This document shows, one piece after another, positions 58,614 to 64,000 of a stretch of 64,000 nucleotides of DNA. This DNA is from Alistipes sp. (GTDB lineage: Bacteria; Bacteroidota; Bacteroidia; Bacteroidales; Rikenellaceae), in contig JALENN010000008.1 in the NCBI GenBank assembly GCA_022767745.1, positions 33,538 to 97,537 of the forward strand, in the 5' to 3' direction. The notes beneath the pieces are model-generated. The model was not told where the DNA came from and made no database searches. It was given only the letters and a program-made list of their open reading frames with translations. Every line of letters starts with the position of its first letter. Position 1 is the stretch's first letter. The position numbers and the translations under genes are program-made.

Positions 58614-59357
58614 TTATTTGTACTCGCGCGGCTTGAGGTTGTTGAACTGCCACGTGCGTTTTTTCTTGAATGTCACGTCGTCGGGCTTGTTACGGTAGAT
58701 GCGGCTGTAGTCGAAGTAGAAGCCGCGTATCTTCTTGCCGTCGGGGGCCTTGACGGGAGCTATGAGCGGTATGTACTCCACCTCGCGGCTGATGATCTCG
58801 GCGCGCTTGCCCGTGAGGTCCATCGACGCCACCACGTCCACCGCGTGCGAAAACATGAGTATGTGCATCGGGTACTTCTCGCTGCGGCCGTCGCCCGAGG
58901 CCTTGATCGTCTCCAGCACGCCGTTCAGATGGCGGAAGTAGGCCTCCTCCTTCGGCTTGTCGCCGAGGGCACCGTATGCGAATACGAGCATGTTCAGCAC
59001 CGTGGGGTTGAAGGGGTCTACCTTCATCGCCTCGCCGCAGATGGAGATCACCTGCCGCATCTCCTCGTCGGTGACGGCATCGGGATCGAGTCCAATGAGC
59101 GACTCGTAGAGCATGTCGACGGCATGGTTCGTGGCCAGCGGCTTGTAACTCTCCTGATAGGCGTAGCCGTAATAGAGGTAGTGGTAGTCCTCCTCCGTGA
59201 GGGTGTCGAGGTTGTTGTACCGCATCATCAGCGACGGGTAGTAGTAGGGCGATGACGAATCGAGCGTGCGGTCGAGGATATCGTCCTCGTCGGGGATCTT
59301 CGACCACGACAGCGACGGTATCATCAGCAGCGCCAGAAGCATGTATAGCAGTCTCAT
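58614..59357 (-). CDS. DUF4919 domain protein
   Basis: Signal peptide; YYYP.L..RY, YLYYGY, SGDG, HILMFSH. Confidence 0.7.
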   Translation of the reverse strand: MRLLYMLLALLMIPSLSWSKIPDEDDILDRTLDSSSPYYYPSLMMRYNNLDTLTEEDYHYLYYGYAYQESYKPLATNHAVDMLYESLIGLDPDAVTDEEMRQVISICGEAMKVDPFNPTVLNMLVFAYGALGDKPKEEAYFRHLNGVLETIKASGDGRSEKYPMHILMFSHAVDVVASMDLTGKRAEIISREVEYIPLIAPVKAPDGKKIRGFYFDYSRIYRNKPDDVTFKKKRTWQFNNLKPREYK

Positions 59358-59387
59358 ACGTTACGGTTTTGTTGTTATAACGTATTT

Positions 59388-60278
59388 CTACCGCAAATCG
59401 TATTCCGCAATGAGTGTTTCGAGTCTCTTCATCAGGGGTTCGGTCGCGGGCACCAGAGGCAGTCGCAGCACGTTCTGCACGCGGCCCATAACCGCAAGGG
59501 CAGCCTTTATGCCCGTGGGGTTGCCCTGCTCGAAGAGGGCGGCTATGGCGTCGCGCAGGCGGCTCATGATACGGTCGGCGGCGTCGAAGTCGCCCGCTGC
59601 GGCCAGGTTGACCATCTGCGACACCAACTGCGGGAAGGCATTGGCCGCAACCGATATCACGCCGTCGCCGCCGCGGCGCATGACCTCGACCGTGAGGCTG
59701 TCGTCGCCCGAGATGACGCGGAATCCGTCGCGACGGTTGCGTATGATCTGCTCGATCTGGGCGATGTTGCCCGACGCCTCCTTGACGGCGATGATGTTGG
59801 GCTCGTCGGCAGCCAGACGGCATGTGGTCTCGGCCGTCATGTTCACGCCCGTGCGGCCCGGTATGTTGTACAGTATGACGGGCACGGGCGAAGCTTCGGC
59901 TATGGCGCGGAAGTGGCGGTAGAGACCCTCCTGCGACGGCTTGTTGTAGTAGGGCGTGACGCTCAGTATGGCATCTATGCCGCCGAGGTCGGTGTGCTCG
60001 ACATACTCCACGACCTCGGCCGTGCAGTTGCCTCCGAGCCCTGCCACGAGGGGCACGCGTCCGTTGACGCGCTGTTTTATGACGTTGAGTATGTGGCCGC
60101 GCTCCGTGGGTTTAATCGTGGGGGTCTCGGCCGTGGTGCCGAGGGCAACGATGTAGTTGGTCCCGCCGTCGATGATGTAGTCGATAAGGCTCTCCAGGGC
60201 CTCGATGTCGTATGAGAGGTCCTGCTTGAAAGGTGTTATAAGGGCGGCGCCTGTGCCGCGGAATCTGCTTGTATCCAT
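59388..60278 (-). CDS. dapA: 4-hydroxy-tetrahydrodipicolinate synthase
   Basis: ALITPF, LGTTAE, TPYYNKP, LYNIPGRTG, AVKEASG, SGDD. Confidence 0.95.
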   Translation of the reverse strand: MDTSRFRGTGAALITPFKQDLSYDIEALESLIDYIIDGGTNYIVALGTTAETPTIKPTERGHILNVIKQRVNGRVPLVAGLGGNCTAEVVEYVEHTDLGGIDAILSVTPYYNKPSQEGLYRHFRAIAEASPVPVILYNIPGRTGVNMTAETTCRLAADEPNIIAVKEASGNIAQIEQIIRNRRDGFRVISGDDSLTVEVMRRGGDGVISVAANAFPQLVSQMVNLAAAGDFDAADRIMSRLRDAIAALFEQGNPTGIKAALAVMGRVQNVLRLPLVPATEPLMKRLETLIAEYDLR

Positions 60279-60314
60279 ATATGTCGTTGTCGTTGTTTAC
60301 AGTTGATTTGCGGG

Positions 60315-62432
60315 TTAAAATAGGGTTCCCTGTTGCGGTTGCCCGCTGTTCTCCTCGGCCGGGTTCTTCGTCGAGTCGGTTGTGGTATCTGGGATGAGTC
60401 CCGTATCTTCTGCCTCGTCCGATGGGTTGCCGCCTACCATCCTGTCGGCGATCATACGCTCGAAATCATCCTCCGAGATGATGGCTATACCCAGCTTCTG
60501 CGCCTTCTGCAGTTTGGCGGGGCCGATCTTGTCGCCCGCAAGCAGGTATGACGTGTTGGCCGACACGGCGGCCAGGTTCTTGCCTCCGTGGGCCTCGATC
60601 ATGGCCTTCAGTTCGTCGCGCGAGTGGTTGTGGAACGTGCCCGAGATGACGAACGTAAGGCCCTGCAGAGCCTCCGAGGCGGGAGTCTGCTGCCGTGCCT
60701 CGAACTGCAGGCCTGCCGAGCGCAGGCGCTCGATGATGGCGCGGTTCTGCTCGTCGGCGAAGTAGTCGAGTATCGAGTCGGCAATCTTGTCGCCCACCTC
60801 CTCGGCCTCGATCAGCTGCTCGCGTGAGGCGGCCATCATGGCGTCGAGCGAACGGAAGTGCGCGGCGAGGTATTTCGCCGTAGTCTCGCCCACGAATCGT
60901 ATTCCCAGCGCAAAGAGTACGCGGTGGAACGGCACCTCGGTTGAGCGGCGGATGCTGCCGATGATGTTCTCGGCCGATTTCTCGCCCAGACGCGGCAGCG
61001 GCGCCAGCTGTTCGGCCCTGAGGTCGTAGAGGTCGGCTATGCAGCCCACCAGACCGTTCTCGAAAAGCAGCTCTACGGTCTCCTCGCCCAGGCTGTCGAT
61101 GTTCATCGCCTTGCGGCGGATGAAGTGTATGATGCGACCCAGTATCTGCGGGCGGCAGTGGCTCTGGTTGGGGCAGTAGTGTTTCGCCTCGCCTTCGTAG
61201 CGTACCAGCTTCGAGTGGCATACGGGGCACTCGGTGATGTACTCCAGCGGGCGGCTGTAGGCGGGGCGCTGCGAGAGGTCGACACCCGTGATCTTGGGTA
61301 TGATCTCGCCTCCCTTCTCGACATATACCATGTCGCCCTCCCTCAGGTCGAGGGCGGCGATCTGGTCGGCATTGTGCAGCGTGGCGCGCTTGACGACGGT
61401 GCCGGCCAGCAGCACCGGTTCGAGGTTGGCAACGGGGGTTATGGCGCCCGTGCGTCCTACCTGGTATGTCACCTTGAGAAGTCGCGTAAGAGCCTGCTCG
61501 GCCTTGAACTTGTAGGCTACGGCCCACTTCGGGGCCTTGGCCGTCGATCCCAGCGCGCGGCGGTCGGCAAAGCGGTTGACCTTGATCACCACGCCGTCGG
61601 TGGGGAAGGGCAGGGCCTTGCGGGCCGTGTCCCAATGGTTTATATAGGCATCTATCTCTTCCGTGTTGCGGCAGATGGCCTTGTTGTCGGATATCCTGAA
61701 GCCCCACTTGCGTGCCGCCTCGAGGCTACCCCAGTGCGAGTCGTAGGGCAGGTTGTCGCCGGCCAGCTGGTAGAGCGTGCAGTCGAGGCCGCGCCGCGCC
61801 ACCACCTGCGACGACTGCTGCTTGAGCGTGCCGGCCGCGGCATTTCGCGGGTTGGCGAATGGCGGCTCGCCGTTTGCCTCGCGCTCGGCATTCAGGCGGT
61901 CGAACGAGGCGTAGGGCATGAATACCTCGCCGCGTATCTCGAAGAAGTCGGGGTAGTCGTTGCCCGTGAGCGTAAGGGGTACGCTGCGTATGGTGCGTAT
62001 GTTCTCCGTGACGTCGTCGCCGCGCGTGCCGTCGCCGCGGGTGACGGCGCGGAGCAGTGCCCCGTGCCGGTAGGTGAGCGATATGGCCGTGCCGTCGAAC
62101 TTGAGCTCGCAGACGAACTCCGACTCGCCGATCTCCTTCTGCACGCGGTCGATCCACTCGTGCAGCTCGTCGAGCGAGTAGGTGTTGCTGAGCGAGAGCA
62201 TGGGAAAGGTATGCTCGATGCTGCGGAATTCGTTGGTCACGTCGCTGCCGACACGGGCCGTGGGGGAGTTGGGGTCGGCCATCTCGGGATGTGCGGCCTC
62301 AAGGTCCTGCAGCTCACGCAGCATGGTATCGAACTCGTAGTCGGATACTATGGGGGCGTTCTCGATATAATAGCAGTAGTTGCAGTAGTTGAGGTGCGCC
62401 CTGAGCTCCTTTATGCGTTGTTCTTCTGTCAT
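60315..62432 (-). CDS. ligA: NAD-dependent DNA ligase
   Basis: ELKFDG, TRGDG..G.DVT, DGVVIKVN, C-terminal Zn finger and BRCT; TACCTTTG at 62454-62461 supports the 62432 start. Confidence 0.97.
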   Translation of the reverse strand: MTEEQRIKELRAHLNYCNYCYYIENAPIVSDYEFDTMLRELQDLEAAHPEMADPNSPTARVGSDVTNEFRSIEHTFPMLSLSNTYSLDELHEWIDRVQKEIGESEFVCELKFDGTAISLTYRHGALLRAVTRGDGTRGDDVTENIRTIRSVPLTLTGNDYPDFFEIRGEVFMPYASFDRLNAEREANGEPPFANPRNAAAGTLKQQSSQVVARRGLDCTLYQLAGDNLPYDSHWGSLEAARKWGFRISDNKAICRNTEEIDAYINHWDTARKALPFPTDGVVIKVNRFADRRALGSTAKAPKWAVAYKFKAEQALTRLLKVTYQVGRTGAITPVANLEPVLLAGTVVKRATLHNADQIAALDLREGDMVYVEKGGEIIPKITGVDLSQRPAYSRPLEYITECPVCHSKLVRYEGEAKHYCPNQSHCRPQILGRIIHFIRRKAMNIDSLGEETVELLFENGLVGCIADLYDLRAEQLAPLPRLGEKSAENIIGSIRRSTEVPFHRVLFALGIRFVGETTAKYLAAHFRSLDAMMAASREQLIEAEEVGDKIADSILDYFADEQNRAIIERLRSAGLQFEARQQTPASEALQGLTFVISGTFHNHSRDELKAMIEAHGGKNLAAVSANTSYLLAGDKIGPAKLQKAQKLGIAIISEDDFERMIADRMVGGNPSDEAEDTGLIPDTTTDSTKNPAEENSGQPQQGTLF

Positions 62433-62568
62433 AACGGGATTGTAACAACTTGTCAAAGGTACGCAATTTGTTTGGTTCATGGCAGCGAAATAAAAAAAAC
62501 AGAAAAAAAATATACATAAATAACGACGTATGTAATTTTTGCTTATACTTACAGAAAATTTTGGAAAT

Positions 62569-62898
62569 ATGACGCCAAATAGCACGAAAAAACGTTTAGT
62601 GACCAACATGCATAACCTTACGGCCGAGCAGCAGGAAGATCTGAAAGCCCTTTATCCTAAGGGCTTTTCGGATGTAATGATGCGCATCGACAAGCCCAAC
62701 GGCGACTTCTTCTACGCAGTTCCGTATGAGACGGCCGACACCTGTTATCTGGTCAAGATCGACGTCAAGATCGACGATTCGGCCGCGGATGTTGCCGAGG
62801 ATGACTACTACGACGACGATGAGATAAAGGGTGCCGACGAGATTTCGGACGATGCCGGTGCCATGGGTGACGGCGATGACGACGACATGGACGATTAG
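62569..62898 (+). CDS. small hypothetical protein with very acidic C-terminal tail
   Basis: Folded-looking N-terminal ~70 aa, Asp-rich tail; own terminator at 62920-62954. Confidence 0.75.
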   Translation: MTPNSTKKRLVTNMHNLTAEQQEDLKALYPKGFSDVMMRIDKPNGDFFYAVPYETADTCYLVKIDVKIDDSAADVAEDDYYDDDEIKGADEISDDAGAMGDGDDDDMDD

Positions 62899-62919
62899 CC
62901 GCAGGTTATGCCAATGTAC

Positions 62920-62954
62920 GGGAGAGGACTCTGAAGTTTCTCTCCCTTTTTTTT
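62920..62954 (+). terminator. intrinsic terminator
   Basis: GGGAGAGGAC-loop-GTTTCTCTCCC plus T8. Confidence 0.75.
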
Positions 62955-63116
62955 GCCCGCGGCCGGGCCGCGCGCTGCGGGATGAGGAGTAGCGGCCGCC
63001 GCGGTGCACGGGTGAGAATATGTTGACAAAATATTGCGCGACAGGGACGCAAGGTTCGGAAATAATGCTTATCTTTGAAAGCAAAAAACGTCTTTTGCAT
63101 ATAATTACAAGGTATA

Positions 63117-64000
63117 ATGAAAAAAGTAGACGTAGTTCTCGGATTACAGTGGGGCGACGAAGGCAAGGGTAAGGTAGTCGATGTACTGACTCCTTCATAT
63201 AAGGTTATCGCCCGTTTTCAGGGTGGTCCCAATGCCGGACATTCACTCCATTTCGGCGATACGAGTTTCGTTTTGCACACCGTTCCGTCGGGTATCTTCC
63301 GCGACGGTTCGGTCAATATCATCGGTAACGGCGTGGTGGTCGACCCGGTCATTCTGGCCAAGGAGATTGCCGACATCGAGGCACAGGGTGTCGATGTGAA
63401 GAGTCGCCTGCTCATATCGAAGAAGGCACACATCATCCTGCCCACGCACCGCATCCTCGATGCTGCGAGCGAGGCCGCCAAGGGCAAGTCGAAGATCGGA
63501 TCGACGCTCAAGGGCATCGGTCCCACCTATATGGACAAGACGGGCCGCAACGGTCTGCGCTTCGGCGACGTGCTGGCTCCCGACTTCATGGCCCGCTACG
63601 AGAAGCTCAAGAACAAGCACGTGGAGATGCTGCGCCAGTATGATTTCCAGTACGACATCGCCGAGTACGAGAAGACCTGGATGGAGGGCATAGAGTTCCT
63701 GCGCGGCTACCGTTTCATCGACAGCGAGCAGACGGTCAACGACTACATCGCCTCGGGCGAGGGCATCCTGGCAGAGGGCGCCCAGGGTTCGATGCTCGAC
63801 GTCGACTTCGGAACGTACCCCTTCGTTACGTCGTCGAACACGGTATGTGCCGGCGTCTGCACGGGTCTGGGTGTCGCTCCGACGAAGATCGGCGACGTCT
63901 ACGGTATCTTCAAGGCATACTGCACGCGCGTCGGAAGCGGTCCGTTCCCCACGGAGCTCTTCGACGAGGTGGGCGAGACGCTGCGTCAGGTGGGCCACGA
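63117..64000 (+). CDS. purA: adenylosuccinate synthetase (runs off the window end; absent from ORF track)
   Basis: MKKVDVVLGLQWGDEGKGK, RFQGGPNAGH, STLKGIGPTY, EGAQG..LDVDFGTYPFVTSS; TATCTTTG at 63070-63077. Confidence 0.98.
   Translation, partial: MKKVDVVLGLQWGDEGKGKVVDVLTPSYKVIARFQGGPNAGHSLHFGDTSFVLHTVPSGIFRDGSVNIIGNGVVVDPVILAKEIADIEAQGVDVKSRLLISKKAHIILPTHRILDAASEAAKGKSKIGSTLKGIGPTYMDKTGRNGLRFGDVLAPDFMARYEKLKNKHVEMLRQYDFQYDIAEYEKTWMEGIEFLRGYRFIDSEQTVNDYIASGEGILAEGAQGSMLDVDFGTYPFVTSSNTVCAGVCTGLGVAPTKIGDVYGIFKAYCTRVGSGPFPTELFDEVGETLRQVGH

Overview
High-GC Bacteroidota chromosome segment, most consistent with an Alistipes-like Rikenellaceae genome (inferred from gene content and recurring TAnnTTTG promoter elements). 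It is mostly housekeeping DNA: a methylmalonyl-CoA/Na+-pumping decarboxylase cluster (meaB; mce-mmdA-mmdD-mmdC-mmdB), malic enzyme, thrBC, rplM-rpsI-rpsB-tsf, pepD, a GH78 rhamnosidase, a clpC-type gene with an in-frame amber stop, rarA, two DUF3857 genes, sufBCDS, tmk, a TPR/beta-barrel pair, MATE, a pseudouridine synthase, clostripain, dapA, ligA, partial purA and four tRNAs. I saw no CRISPR array, transposase, integrase or phage genes. Best leads: (1) a lipoprotein convergent on mmdB carrying two copies of the OadB/MmdB 'GGADGPT' motif, one matching the neighbouring pump subunit at 13/13 residues but differing at 9 synonymous codon positions; (2) a ~345-nt hairpin-rich trailer apparently co-transcribed with tRNA-Ser(GCT); (3) a Thr/Ile/Val-rich leader ORF before a thrA-less thrBC operon; (4) an unannotated 46-aa orphan peptide gene; (5) an enzyme/pseudoenzyme transglutaminase pair. 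All product calls are by-eye motif recognition; no searches or folding programs were run.
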